From positions 15,359,143-15,423,142 of the forward strand of contig CAVNZM010000003.1 of assembly GCA_963693365.1 (NCBI GenBank): DNA of 64,000 nt, written 5' to 3'. A model generated the notes under the pieces. That model was not told where the DNA came from. It did no database searches and worked only from the letters and a program-made list of their open reading frames with translations. This stretch comes from Amoebidium appalachense (taxonomy: Eukaryota; Protista; Ichthyosporea). Both the position numbers and the translations under genes were made by a program. Each line of letters begins with the position of its first letter. The first letter of the stretch is position 1. Below, piece by piece: positions 12,040 through 24,303 of the stretch.

Positions 12040-12152
12040 ATCCAATCGGATAGAGCCATGTCAGTATCGTCCACTCTTGATCAATCAGACGACAGCTTGT
12101 TGGGCCAGGAGCCAATCAAAGAGCAGCAGTATGGTGCATTAACCAATCAGCA
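12040..12152. promoter_or_regulatory. Cluster of CCAATC-like boxes
   Basis: ccaatcg, tcaatcag, gccaatca, accaatcag, all co-oriented at 30-40 bp spacing. No linked gene identified. Confidence 0.35.
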
Positions 12153-12446
12153 CATAGCAGCTATCTACGCCACCTCCACAAGGCGCTTACTTTGGAACCC
12201 CGCCACCTGTAAAAAGAAATACCGATTAGATATCACCGTGTGCAGAGACTAGTAAAAAATAACCCCGCACGTCTATGTGAGTGTGTGTTCATGTCTGCGT
12301 GTGAACGTGTGTGTGGATGTGCTGATGTGTGTGTGTCTTGGTGGAGAAACGAGAAAGGCCGAAAGCCAAACAGAGGCGGTATGTGTGCACATGTTTACTT
12401 TCAATCTTGGGAAAGGTAAGGAATGTGGTGTCCGTGCTTGTGTAGG

Positions 12447-12527
<81 letters not shown>

Positions 12528-13433
12528 TGGGTGTATAAGCTTGTGTGTGTGTGAGGAGGGTATGGTTTTGTATCGAGAGTCTAATAAGCGACACAGGGAG
12601 CCATTGATTAAGAAAAAGCCGAGAAAAACAAAAGGGGATTTGTAGGCAGCAAACAACGAGTGAACGAAAAAGGGAGGGAGGTGAGGGGGGAGGGGGGGGG
12701 TTTGAATGCGGAACATGGTACGAAGTACGCATACACGATGAGAAGCATGGTGCAGGACACATGCAAAGGCAAACATTCAAGTATGCAACATCAGCCATGC
12801 GCACAGTATGCGTCATAAGCAGAGCCCATCTTCAGGGAGGGCCCAAGTCATCAATTGCGTCTGAGTTTCGACCCCCTAGCCCGCGTATATACGACTCTAC
12901 AACTCAGACAGCAGCATCAACTGAACTTGGGAGGGTCAACCCGTCTTGATCAAAGACGAACAGGGTTGCTTATGCAAGCAAGGTGAGCAAAACGGTGAAG
13001 ATGTGTGTGCAAACTAAAGCAGTGCAGCGAAAAATGCGTTGTGGGGGGGTCTGTATGTAGATGTGCGAACATGTGACAAGGATCACGGGTGTGTGATAGC
13101 CTGTCTGGGTATGCGTACAAGCGTGATGACACCAATATTTGATCCAGCGGGTTTGTATGCAAAATGAGGATGCATACAGGATGCATGTAGCACCAAAGAG
13201 AAAGTGCTGTGTGCTCTATCCTTCCAACACCACCACCTACGGATGCGGGTTGTGTGTACAGATATTGGTCCATAAAGAATAGATGTTTCCATTTCGGCAG
13301 ACACCCCCCCCCTCGCCCCCCCGCGCCAATATCGGCAAGAACCCTCAGAAGGAGGATTGAAGGAAAAGAAGAGGTGTGTGTGTGTGTGTGTGGGTGTGTA
13401 TGGTGGTGGTGGTGGTGGTGGTGGTGTGTGGGG

Positions 13434-13469
<36 letters not shown>

Positions 13470-13624
13470 ACGGGCAACACGATGCGCCGGGGGCGCCGGG
13501 GAGGGGGGTAATTAGAAAGCAGAACGACGTACGAAGTATAAAACACGGTGCAGGACACGTGAAAGGCAAACATTAAAGATTTTAACATCAGCAACGCGGG
13601 CAGTATGCAATGAAGCAGAAAACG

Positions 13625-13659
<35 letters not shown>

Positions 13660-14596
13660 GAGAGGGTCCAAGGCTAAGACGGGCGGGATGGGATGAGAGA
13701 AGGAGATCAGGAGTGTGTCTGAGTGCCGGGGGGGGGGGGGGGGGGGGAGAGAGAGAGAAGGGGGGAGAGGTGGCTGGCTTACTGCGTTTGGGTGTTCAGT
13801 GCAAATAATAGAAATCAGGCAAAGAGAATGATTGGGACCTATACAGGAGACATGAAGGAGCAGGGAGAATGATAGATGTATGGCAGGGAGGGGAGGGAGG
13901 GAGGGTACATGCACACCCATAAGAACACACAAAATCACCTAGGCTCACTCAAACCCAAAACAAGCGTAGATCGTGTGCATCAGAAGCATGTAAAACTCGA
14001 CGCAGCGTACGGGAACAAATGGAAAAAAAAAAGAGTCAGCAGATCATGTGATCTGTGTAAAAGAGTAAGCATGTGTAACGAGCAGGGAAGAGTGAGGGAA
14101 TAGGTGGTAATGGGGAGGCAGGGGGAGGGAGGGGGGGGAGGGGGTATATGCATCAAAGGGGTTGAAGTATTTAGCTAGAGACTTGAGGCATGCAAGGGGA
14201 AGCACAAAACGTCGAAATGGAAAGAGGGGCATGGGGAGGGGAAAGGGGGGAGGGGGATGCACTCATTCAAGCATGAAGCACATTGAAGCAGTGAATAGAG
14301 CAGAGACCTTAGGGGGATGCAGGCGGAATACATTCGAATGAGCTCAAAAACTCTGGCAAGTGTTTCTCAACTCTCTGACTGTAATAGGTGGATGTGTGTG
14401 CGTGGGTGTGTGTGCGCGCGCGTGTGTGTTTGTGCACGGGCCCACATTTGTGTGCGTGTTTGCGTGAGCGCATGTGCTTCTGTGTGGGTGTATGAGTGTG
14501 TGTCTGTGCATGCGCGAGCGTGTGTGTGTATGTGTCTGTGCAGCCCTGCATGTGCGTGTGCGTGTGCGTATGCATGCGCGTTCCTGTGTGTATGTG

Positions 14597-14679
<83 letters not shown>

Positions 14680-14728
14680 TATCCCTGTGTGCGCATGCCT
14701 AAGTATGTATGAGCATGTATGCACTCAC

Positions 14729-15731
14729 CGATTCAGGCTCTGTAGGGCTGTAGAGGGTAGTGATGGAGCCAAAGTCACCTATGCGATACGACACACTCTG
14801 TGGGTCCACCCAAAGGCATAGCTCTCGGGGGAAGAACTGCGAAATGTTGGTGATACCTGCATCACGTGCAGCCTGTGTGTGTGTGTGTGCGTGTGTGTGT
14901 GCATACATGTGCGTGTGCGTGTATGTGCATGTGCGTGTGTGCGTGTGGATGTGTGTGCTGCGCGCGCGCCCGCATGTGTGCGTGTAGGTGCATTAGTTCA
15001 GGATAGGTTGAAGGGGTGGGGGTGGGGGCGAGGAGGGGGGCGCATGGGGGACTGGGGGGACCATGATGAGCTAGGATAGAAACAAAACAGCAAAGTTATC
15101 GAGCAATATAGATATAGTGTAGGTGTGTGCATGGGTGGTTGGGGAAGATTGGTCAAACACGACAATCACATGTCCTCCATGCTTGTTCTCTTTTGTGCTG
15201 TGTACAAGGAAAGGCAAGTGACAATTCCCTGCATGCAACCACGGCCACCTGGCCACATGGCACCAGAACCTTGTACCACAAACATGGTATCGACAGAAAA
15301 GATGACAGGCCTCACCAGAGCACAGCAGCACAAAAAAACGCACAGACACCATGAACTCGGGCGCAGTGTACCCCTAGTGCGTCCACTAACATGTTCAAAC
15401 CCTCAAAAGCACACAGACACATGCAAAGACTACCAACCACCCAGAGATAGCCACCAACACATGCATTTAACAAGTTAATACCCCCTACTCCCCCCAGCCC
15501 CCCCCGTTCTTCCCCTAAACACCACCAACACCATCCACCAAGCTCAGATCGGACCAAAAAAGCAGATGCGACAAAAAAAACTTGCACGCCACAAAACGCC
15601 AAGGAACCCAAGAAGTCAACCACATGCACACCCCTCTAAACTTTGAAGTCTGTCCAGATGCATTTCTTAACATTCATGCATATCTTGGCATGCAAAAGTG
15701 TCATGCCCAAACACAGACACGCACAAACACA

Positions 15732-15768
<37 letters not shown>

Positions 15769-16192
15769 CCACCCCCCCCCCCCCCACACACACACAAACA
15801 CATGTACACACACAACAACGAGCCCCACGCACACACGAACGCACGCACGAACGCACGCAAGAACACACGCACGCACGCACGTAATACGCACACGCAGAAT
15901 CCGAGCACATTCACACACACGCACACACACACCCACACACAAACAAACAAATACACACACACACACATACCTCCGCTATAGCCGGGTCCATATTGATGTA
16001 GTGTATGCGTATGCACCGGTAACCACTCCCTCTCTGCGGGCTCATTTCATGCCAATGGCCATTGTACTTTCTGCACAGATGCGTCCTCATTCCCTCCCCA
16101 AACATGGCAACCTGTTGCGCAGGTAATTTCCTTTCTAGGAAACCCTGCAGAAAGGCCACCGCCTCCTGAACTTCGCGTGTGCCCTTAAACAT
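14729..16192 (-). CDS. BTG: BTG/Tob-family antiproliferative (CAF1 deadenylase adaptor) protein, spliced; last exon uncertain (possibly near 14310-14378)
   Basis: Exon 16192-15971 MFKGTREVQEAVAFL...YNGHWHEMSPQRGSGYRCIRI (box A) joins in frame through a GT-AG intron to exon 14872-14729 ...FPRELCLWVDPQSVSYRIGD (box B). Confidence 0.92.
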
Positions 16193-16403
16193 GGTTGCGG
16201 CCTCCTCGTCCCAACTGCGCGCGCAAAGTGCGAGGGGAAGGGCACTTTGGCAGCGGCAGAAAGAGAGGGTTAACGTTGTGGGTTGGTTTGTTGGGGCGTA
16301 AAGAGCTTTTGTGCTTTGACGCCGAGTTGGGGAAACTGAGGTGAGATAGACAAGAGATATTCAAACGTAAATGTGAAATTTCTGCTAAAACCCAAAAAGG
16401 CAT

Positions 16404-16578
16404 GTGGTCACGGACCCGCCGCCCTTCTTACATCAGGCATTGTGCCCTCCGCCCGTTATTACCAAAGGCGGAAATGCGCCTCCTCCTCCACCGTTTGCAT
16501 ATTTGGTGAGCGAGTTCTCCTCCGCCTTTTATGAGTTGGGCTTCATTCCTTCGTCGTGGAATGACACTCTTGTTATTT
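16404..16578 (+). pseudogene. Fragment of a second LINE-type RT
   Basis: FYELGFIPSSWNDTLVI matches the RT segment GHVPSSWLDTLVI of the neighbouring element. Confidence 0.65.
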
Positions 16579-16645
16579 TTTTTTTTTTTTCATAATGACT
16601 TAGTTGATATGCTCAAGAAAGAGAAGCAAGGCGGAGATATCACAG

Positions 16646-16839
16646 GGGGTTTACGCTGTTTACTCGAGGCAAAGAGAACCAGTCTCAGGTATGGGGGGGG
16701 GGGTTTGCTCGGAATATCCCCTCAGCGGTATATCATGATCACGTACATAGATGTCGGGTGGTGACTATATATCAGGGTTTACTTTCTCTACGAGACACCA
16801 TAAAGACTACAAGGAGAAATCAATTAGTTGGGGTTCCCT

Positions 16840-16884
<45 letters not shown>

Positions 16885-16916
16885 GGGCTCCCCTCGGGAC
16901 ACTCGGTATCAGCTGG

Positions 16917-16979
<63 letters not shown>

Positions 16980-18994
16980 TGCGCTATAATTTTGTAGTGA
17001 TGTGTTTCTCAAGCCAATCAATACATCTAATAAACAGGTCGTAGTTACGCGTGTTTAGTATAAAATCAAGGATGTTGTAATTTACAGGTAGGCTATCTTT
17101 CTGGGTGTCTGTTGTGAATGTGACGTGTGTGTGTTGCGGTATTATGTGGTCTATCAAACTACATTTGGCGATACATGACCGGTTAAACTGGTGTGTGTGT
17201 GTGTTGTTTGGGCATGCAAATGATGCCACCTTATACTTATTAGATCTCCACTGTATAGCACGTGTACAGTAAAAGCGTGGTAATTGATCAATAATACCAT
17301 CAGCTAGAGAAAGACCAGTTCTACAGGAAGGTAATATGTATTTAGGTGTTATACACTTGCGAGTGCCATATTTGGCAATATGGTTGAGGCGGTCAGTATA
17401 TATAAAACGAGACATAAGGCTTAGTTTTTCAAGGTGTATGCTTTCATCGGGTCTAGTGTCGTGTGGTATCTTTTTCCATTTGTTATATTGCGTGATTATC
17501 TTGTGATTGTGTACATGTTTAATAAGTAAGTGGCAGTCCAAAGTCACACACACACTATTGCGGGGTTTATTTGTATTTGTGCCCAGGGGAGAAGGGGAGA
17601 GAGAGGGGGAGGAAAGAGGGGAGAGGTGAGGAGGGGACAGGTCGGATAGAGAAGAGAGGGTGGGAGGGCAAATACTTCTTTAAGCGGCTTATGTGCTTAT
17701 TGAATTTCAGCGCGAGATAGGATACTCTAGCAGCTATTGGGACCAGACCATATATCGAGAGCGTTACAGGCCCAGGTTTACAACAGTTGTTAGATAGAAA
17801 GGAGGCAACTTCTGCTTCAAGGAAATTTGCCAAGGGTTTAAGCGCTCTAGTTCTCTCTTTCTTGATCCAAGCGGCGAGAAGGGGTAAACCATATTCACAT
17901 GCCGGGAAGACAAAAGTGCGAATAAATGTAAGTCTAATAGAAGGATGGAGGGGTGTGTCTTTAAAAATATTAGCCGAGAAGAAAGCTAACCGCTTACGAG
18001 CCAACTCTACCCTCTTTTCGACCATATGGGGAAACATAACACCAACAGAATCAACCGGAACACCAAGATATTTGTATTCTGGAACTATAGGTACAGGTTT
18101 AGATGATAATGTAAATGTGTGTAAATTGTTAGCTATATCAGGTACAAGAACACCACATTTGTCTATGTTAAGGATCATAAGGTTTGCCTTGCACCACTCT
18201 GACACTACATCGAACAATCTTTGCAGGCGTCTAGGGGTACGGGCAAGGAGGGACAGATCATCAGCATAGAGAAGTGCAGGCGGAAAGTTATTAATAGGGT
18301 CATCGTTTTCGGCGTAAATCTTGACAGCCAAATCATCTATAAATAGGTTAAACAAAAAGGGGCTAAGCAATGAACCCTGCAAGAGACCTCTAGTACGAGC
18401 AAAACCATATGAAAGATGCCCATTAACCACAGCTCTACCATAGGTTTGAGACAAGAGTGCTTCTAACAGAACACCAATGCAGTGTGGTACACCCCGTGCA
18501 GCAAGCTTTTCCCATAGGAGACCAGGGGAGACAGAATCGTAAGCAGTTTTCCAATCAATAAAGCCAACATATTGTGCACCAACTTGCATAGAATCGTGCA
18601 GTGCCATTATTTGAACATAACATGAATTGTTTTTACGAAAAGCGGATTGGCATGGGTGTATGTGAAGAATAGATTGAAACCTAGGGTGATGTGCAAATAA
18701 CCTAAGTAAGCAAGCTTCAAAGAATCTACGAACAACCTGGGTTAGTGTAATGGGGCGAAAGGATGATATGGGGCCCTCAGAGTCCTTCTTAACTATGGGG
18801 ATCACTAAGGTATCTAACCAAGATGACGGGACATGTCCACATTTAACACACCAAGAAAAGAGAGAGCTTAACATGATAGTAAGATCAGGTTTAATAGCAC
18901 GATCACTTTCCTTTTGTGGGTAGGAGGGAACAAGGATTTTAAGAAACCCAGCAGGGAGTCCATCAGGTCCACAAGACTTACTAGAGCTATAACT
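16646..18994 (-). mobile_element. 5'-truncated non-LTR (LINE-like) retrotransposon, insertion 1
   Basis: RT ORF, C-terminal region and 3' UTR ending in ...gtaaacccc. Candidate 11-bp TSD AGATATCACAG (16635-16645/18995-19005). Confidence 0.85.
16984..17553 (-). CDS. C-terminal continuation of the LINE ORF (frameshifted from the RT part)
   Basis: In the sister copy (ORF 20136-20570) the same text is in frame with the RT tail (SPSPPGTNTNKPRKSVRVTLDCHLL). Cys/His cluster FACPNNTHTHQFNRSCIAKC. Confidence 0.7.
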   Translation of the reverse strand: MCVTLDCHLLIKHVHNHKIITQYNKWKKIPHDTRPDESIHLEKLSLMSRFIYTDRLNHIAKYGTRKCITPKYILPSCRTGLSLADGIIDQLPRFYCTRAIQWRSNKYKVASFACPNNTHTHQFNRSCIAKCSLIDHIIPQHTHVTFTTDTQKDSLPVNYNILDFILNTRNYDLFIRCIDWLEKHITTKL

Positions 18995-19003
18995 AGATAT
19001 CAC
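17567..19003 (-). CDS. Non-LTR reverse transcriptase (N-terminal endonuclease absent)
   Basis: KSCGPDGL, IPIVKK..FRPITL, QSAFR, FIDWKTAYDSV, RGLLQGSLLSPFLFNLFIDDL, YADDL, YKYLGV. Confidence 0.96.
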   Translation of the reverse strand: MISSYSSSKSCGPDGLPAGFLKILVPSYPQKESDRAIKPDLTIMLSSLFSWCVKCGHVPSSWLDTLVIPIVKKDSEGPISSFRPITLTQVVRRFFEACLLRLFAHHPRFQSILHIHPCQSAFRKNNSCYVQIMALHDSMQVGAQYVGFIDWKTAYDSVSPGLLWEKLAARGVPHCIGVLLEALLSQTYGRAVVNGHLSYGFARTRGLLQGSLLSPFLFNLFIDDLAVKIYAENDDPINNFPPALLYADDLSLLARTPRRLQRLFDVVSEWCKANLMILNIDKCGVLVPDIANNLHTFTLSSKPVPIVPEYKYLGVPVDSVGVMFPHMVEKRVELARKRLAFFSANIFKDTPLHPSIRLTFIRTFVFPACEYGLPLLAAWIKKERTRALKPLANFLEAEVASFLSNNCCKPGPVTLSIYGLVPIAARVSYLALKFNKHISRLKKYLPSHPLFSIRPVPSSPLPSFLPLSLPFSPGHKYK

Positions 19004-19047
19004 AGACCATATGGCATCGGGACTGGATATCTCAGAGAAGAAAATAC

Positions 19048-19257
19048 GGGGTTTATTTACGCTGTTTACTCAAGGCAAAGAGAGACCAGTCTCAGGTATG
19101 GGGGGTTTTTGCTCGGAAAATCCCCTCAGCAGTGTATCATGATCACGTACATAGATGTCGGGTGATGACTATATATCAGGGTTTACTTTCTCTACGAGAC
19201 ACCATAAAGACCAAGAAAAATCAAGTAGTTGGGGTTCCCCGTTTTTTTTTTTTTTTT

Positions 19258-19301
<44 letters not shown>

Positions 19302-19429
19302 AGTCCAATGCATGGGTATCCAAGTTTGCATATCCGGGAGCCTGCATACATGTGGGACCCCCCAAACCCCCGTTTCTCTAGATTATACTGGATAGAGATC
19401 TATGGATAGGAGAGGTACGGTCAAGGGGG

Positions 19430-19464
<35 letters not shown>

Positions 19465-19490
19465 CTCCCCTGGGACACTCGGTATCAGCT

Positions 19491-19559
<69 letters not shown>

Positions 19560-20048
19560 ACGCGCTAGAATTTTGTAGTGATGTGTTTCTCAAGCCAATC
19601 AATACATCTAATAAACAGGTCGTAGTTACGCGTGTTTAGTATAGAATCAAGGATGTTGTAATTTACAGGTAGGCCGCTCTTTCTGGGTGTCTGTTGTGAA
19701 TGTGACGTGTGTGTGTTGCGGTATTATGTGGTCTATCAAACTACATTGGCGATACATGACCGTTTAAACTGGTGCGTGTGTGTGTTGTTTGGGCATGCAA
19801 ACGATGCCACCTTATACTTATTAGACCTCCACTGTATAGCACGTGTACAGTAAAAGCGTGGTAATTGATCAGGGGGCTGTTTACTCGAGGCAAAGAGAAA
19901 CCAGTCTCAGGTATGGGGGGGTTTTTGCTCGGAATATCCCCTCAGCGGTATATCATGATCATGTACATAGATGTCATATATCAGGGTTTACTTTCTCTAC
20001 GAGACACCATAAAGATTACAAAGAGAAATCAATTAGTTGGGGTTCCCC

Positions 20049-20083
<35 letters not shown>

Positions 20084-20755
20084 AAAAACCCTAAACCCTA
20101 ATTGAATAATACCATCAGCTAGAGAAAGACCAATTCTACAGGAAGGCCGGTAATATGTATTTAGGTGTTATACATTTGCGAGTGCCATATTTGGCAATAT
20201 GGTTAAGGCAGTCATTATATATAAAACGAGACATAAGGCCTGGTTTTTCAAGGTGTCTGCTTTCATCGGGTCTAGTGTCGTGTAGTATCTTTTTCCAGTT
20301 GTTATATTGCGTGATTATCTTGTGATTGTGTACATGTTTAATAAGTAAGTGGCAGTCCAAAGTCACACGCACACTTTTGCGGGGTTTATTTGTATTTGTG
20401 CCCGGAGGAGAAGGAGAGACAGAGGGAAGGAAAGAGGGGAGAGGTGAGGAGGGGACAGGTCGGATACAGAAGAGAGGATGGGAGGGCAAATACTTCTTTA
20501 AGCGGCTTATGTGCTTATTGAATTTCAGCGCGAGATGGGATACTCTAGCAGCTATTTGGGACCAGACCATATACCGAGAGCGTTACAGGCCCAGGTTTAC
20601 AACAGTTGTTAGATAGAAAGGAGGCAACTTCTGCTTCAAGGATATTTCCCCAGGGTTTAAGCGCTCTAGTTCTCTCTTTCTTGATCCAAGCGGCGAGAAG
20701 GGGTAAACCATATTCACATGCCGGGAAGACAAAAACATGCCGGGAAGACAAAAGG
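19048..20755 (-). mobile_element. Second, shorter 5'-truncated copy of the same LINE (insertion 2)
   Basis: Colinear with 16646-17915. Candidate TSD AAATAC (19042-19047/20756-20761). 19-bp tandem duplication at its 5' junction. Confidence 0.85.
19872..20098 (-). mobile_element. Third copy, 3'-terminal ~180 bp only, nested inside insertion 2
   Basis: Repeat of 16646-16840. Interrupts gtaattgatcaataatacc, with TAATTGA on both sides (19862, 20099). Confidence 0.8.
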
Positions 20756-20929
20756 AAATACATTAAACCCCTACTCACGGATACGGAGGAGATAACGACT
20801 CAAATAATCATACACTAGAAAACTCGTTAAACATACGGTGGTTTAACAGATAGTCAATAGAAGTAATATCAGGATTATCTAAATAAGCTAGTCTTCGAAT
20901 TTCTAACCGAAGAATCTGAGATAAATACA

Positions 20930-22100
20930 GGTATTCCTTTCACCTCTGAGGATATTTGCTTTGAGCGCCTTTTGACTTCGTGCATTTCCCGTGCGCGTGG
21001 TCGTTTACACATCTATCAAGGCATTTTCGCAAGTATTTCTAATGTCCATCCTGCTAATCTGCTCACTCTTTATAAAGTTTTTCTTCGTCCATGTTTCGAA
21101 TATGGCCTCCCGTTACTCTTGTGTGTCCCTCCACGGCAACAGCGCGCGGCGCTTCGGGAATTCGATTCTTTCAGCGTTAATTCACCCAGTTCATCTCTCG
21201 GACCTCGCGTAGGCATCCTCTGGCGGCTCCTTTGCTGAGTGTTTTTGGTCTCCCTCCGGCGAGTCAGAGTATGAATGAGTTAGGCCTTCGCTTTTGTTTT
21301 CATTTGGTTAGGCTTCCTTCTTATCATCCTTTGTTGCAATTCTTTCCTTCTTTAGACCCTGTTCCCATTTCTAATGTTCGTGCGAAACTTTGTACCCAAT
21401 CTATCTCCCATTTAGAGATACTCCTTTTAAATATTTATCTCCTTCATTTTTCTCTTCCCCTATATATGAGCAGTATGTTACTTGGTTTCATACTCAATAT
21501 CCTTTGCTTCATCGTTATGATAAAGAGTATCATGGTAGGACTCTTATTAGCCTGTGCTTCTTTTTATATTAGAGGCTCGTCTATTTTCTTTGCAATCGTT
21601 GTGTAAATTAGCTACTCAGTATATTTATCCTTCCTCTCGTAAACCCACCACACTTACCGATTTTACCATTCTAACCCCCTCTTGTGATATAGCTTGAAAT
21701 CTTTATTTTGGCGTTGTAACCGTAGCTCCATAAATGTTTGTGTCACTTTTGTGCAGAACCTTTTTCTCGCAAACATCTACTAGTAGATAAATGTATTTAT
21801 TTATCTCAGATTCTTCCGTTAGAAATTCAAAGACTAGCTTATTTAGATAATTCTTGTACAATCCTGATATTACTTCAATTGACTACGTATGTTTAACGAG
21901 TTTTCTAGGGTGTATGATTAGTTGAATCGTTATCTCCTCCTTATCCGTGAGTAGGGGTTTTTGTAGTTTCTTCTCTGAGATATCTGTGATATCTCCGGCT
22001 TGCTTCTCTTTTATGAGCATATCAATAAAGTCATTATAAAAAATTTCTGCCTGGTTGACTCGGTTCATGTGCTTTTCTTTAGCTAAAAAAAACATTATTT
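20930..22100 (+). mobile_element. Degenerate 3' part of a second LINE family; its distal ~250 bp recurs inverted at 16590-16645 + 19026-19047 + 20756-20928
   Basis: LLTLYKVFLRPCFEYGLPLL motif with frameshifts. 21795-21965 is the diverged reverse complement of 20762-20928. Confidence 0.7.
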
Positions 22101-23121
22101 GAGAATCACCAGAACCCAAACCATAAAAACACTATCCATAGATGCTTCTTTTTTGTCCTAGATTTCTGTTAGTGACTCGAAAACACAAACGATAGTATTA
22201 TAGTTGAATGTACTGTACATTTTCGCACGTCCCAATTTCGAGTCATATATCACAGCTATTCTCAGCACTGACAGCACTGTAGAGAGCTCTGTTTTGGCGG
22301 ACAGGCTCAGCGAATCAACGTGCGCCATAATATTTAGTTTTTAACGTCGTACGGTGATTGGGTGTTCCAAGTAACACGATCAACAGTTACGTAATCATTC
22401 TTGCAGGCCCACGGCCAGCCGGGGTGGAACGGGGAGGGGAGGGAGGTGGGATCTGGAGGGAGGGAGGGAGGGAAGGGGGCGAGGGAGAGAGGGGAGGGAG
22501 GGGAGGGAGGGGAGGGGAGAGAGGAAGGCGAGGGAGGTAGGGAGGGAGGTAGGGAGAGAGGTAGGGGAGCTCGAGGTAGGAAAGGGGGGAGGGAGGGAGG
22601 GTAGGGAGGGATTGAGGGAGGGAGGGAGGTACTGTTGGGAGAGAATGAGAGAGAAGAGAGAGGCAGAGAGAGTCAGAGGGAGCCACGGAGCTAGAAAGAT
22701 GGTGTGTGCAGGTGTCAGGGTGTCTGTGTGTGTCCGTTTATGTGCGCGCTCGGGGCATGTACATGTATGCCGCGCGTAGAAAAACGAACCCACACCCAAA
22801 TACAAAAGGCTAAAAAACTTTGATATCATACGGTAACGATATCGAAAAAAAGCACATATGCATACGTGCCTGCGTGCGTTATTGCGTGCACGTGTGTGCG
22901 CGCGCGCGCTCGTGCAGCATTATGTGTATGTGCGTGCGCGGGAGGCACCGTGTGCATGATCTGCTAGTATCATGTGCGAGAAAATATGTGTGTGTGCAGT
23001 TGCGTGTATGTGCCTGCTTGTGATGCCGCGTCTGGTTGACAATGTACGTGTGCATGTGCGTGTGCGTGTGACGGTGTTCGTGTGCATGTGTGTGTGCGTG
23101 TGACGGTGTTCGCGTGCATGT

Positions 23122-23221
<100 letters not shown>

Positions 23222-24039
23222 GTGTGTGCGCGCGCACGCGTGTCTGTGCTCGCACACATGTTTGTGGTGCGTGTAAGCGTGGGTGTGTGATGTAGGGTAC
23301 TCGCTTGTGTGTGTGTGCGTGCGTGTGGTATTGTGGCGGTGGTGGCACCAGTGTGTGCGGATGCCGGTGTTGGTGTGTTTGGGGGGGGGGGGGGAGGCGG
23401 AGGGGCAGATCAGAGAGGTGTTTGGGATGGCTGCATAGATGTGTCCCTTGTGTACAGTTTCGATGCTTGTATTGTTTAAAAAAGGATGAGTATGTTTGTA
23501 CTGAAGCACTGTGCGAGGGTGCAGAAGGCGAATACTCGCGTGTTCCTTCTTTAAGCTTATCTGACATGCAGGCAGCCGGAGGGCCTGAGTGGCAACCCCC
23601 CCCCCCCCCCCCTCCCCGGCCCCCCTCCTCCCCCCAAAACCCGCAAATGCGTGGATTTGCCCTTTCTATTTAGGTGGGCCTGCAGGGTACTATCCCCCCC
23701 CCCCCCCCCCCCCCTTCCCTCCCGCCCCTCCCAGGAAGGAATGGACAAGTGCGCATGTGGCAATGTGCAGACATGGGTTTTCTTTTCAACAGAATCTATT
23801 CCTCTGTGCGTCGTTGAAAGATGATACATACGAAAGGGATGAATTAAAACATCCTCCAATAATTTCGCACTGAAATCATCATTTCATTTAGATTCATGCT
23901 GACATTTGTAGCCTCGACTTCAAAAATAGGTAAACCTAGCAGTCAGATCAGTTAATATCAGTTGGACACAGGTTTATCGCTTTCTAAAGAAGTGAAATAT
24001 ATACTCTGCAAGCACGTGATGCATATGGCACAGGAATCC

Positions 24040-24070
<31 letters not shown>

Positions 24071-24303
24071 AAAAAAAAAAGAAAAGAAAAAACTGAACAA
24101 AAAATATTGTAAGAGGATAATTCGGCACCTAAAACCACATAAAATCTACCCAACCAGCTATCGCAGTTATCTAGTGTAGTATCTTTTGGCAACCTGTTTA
24201 GATAACAATGGATAGATAAAGATAAAAGACAACAAAAAAAAGATAAATACCATAAATCTGTCAGCCTGCCTGTGCACGTGACACACACCACCTGCCTCAC
24301 AAT

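Noticed and set aside
20086-20101. Telomeric repeat (aaaccctaaacccta)
   Set aside because: Only two units at an insertion junction, which is insufficient.
16646-20755. Penelope-like element with pseudo-LTRs
   Set aside because: The RT motifs are LINE-type, no GIY-YIG domain is seen, and separate candidate TSDs explain the repeats as independent nested insertions.
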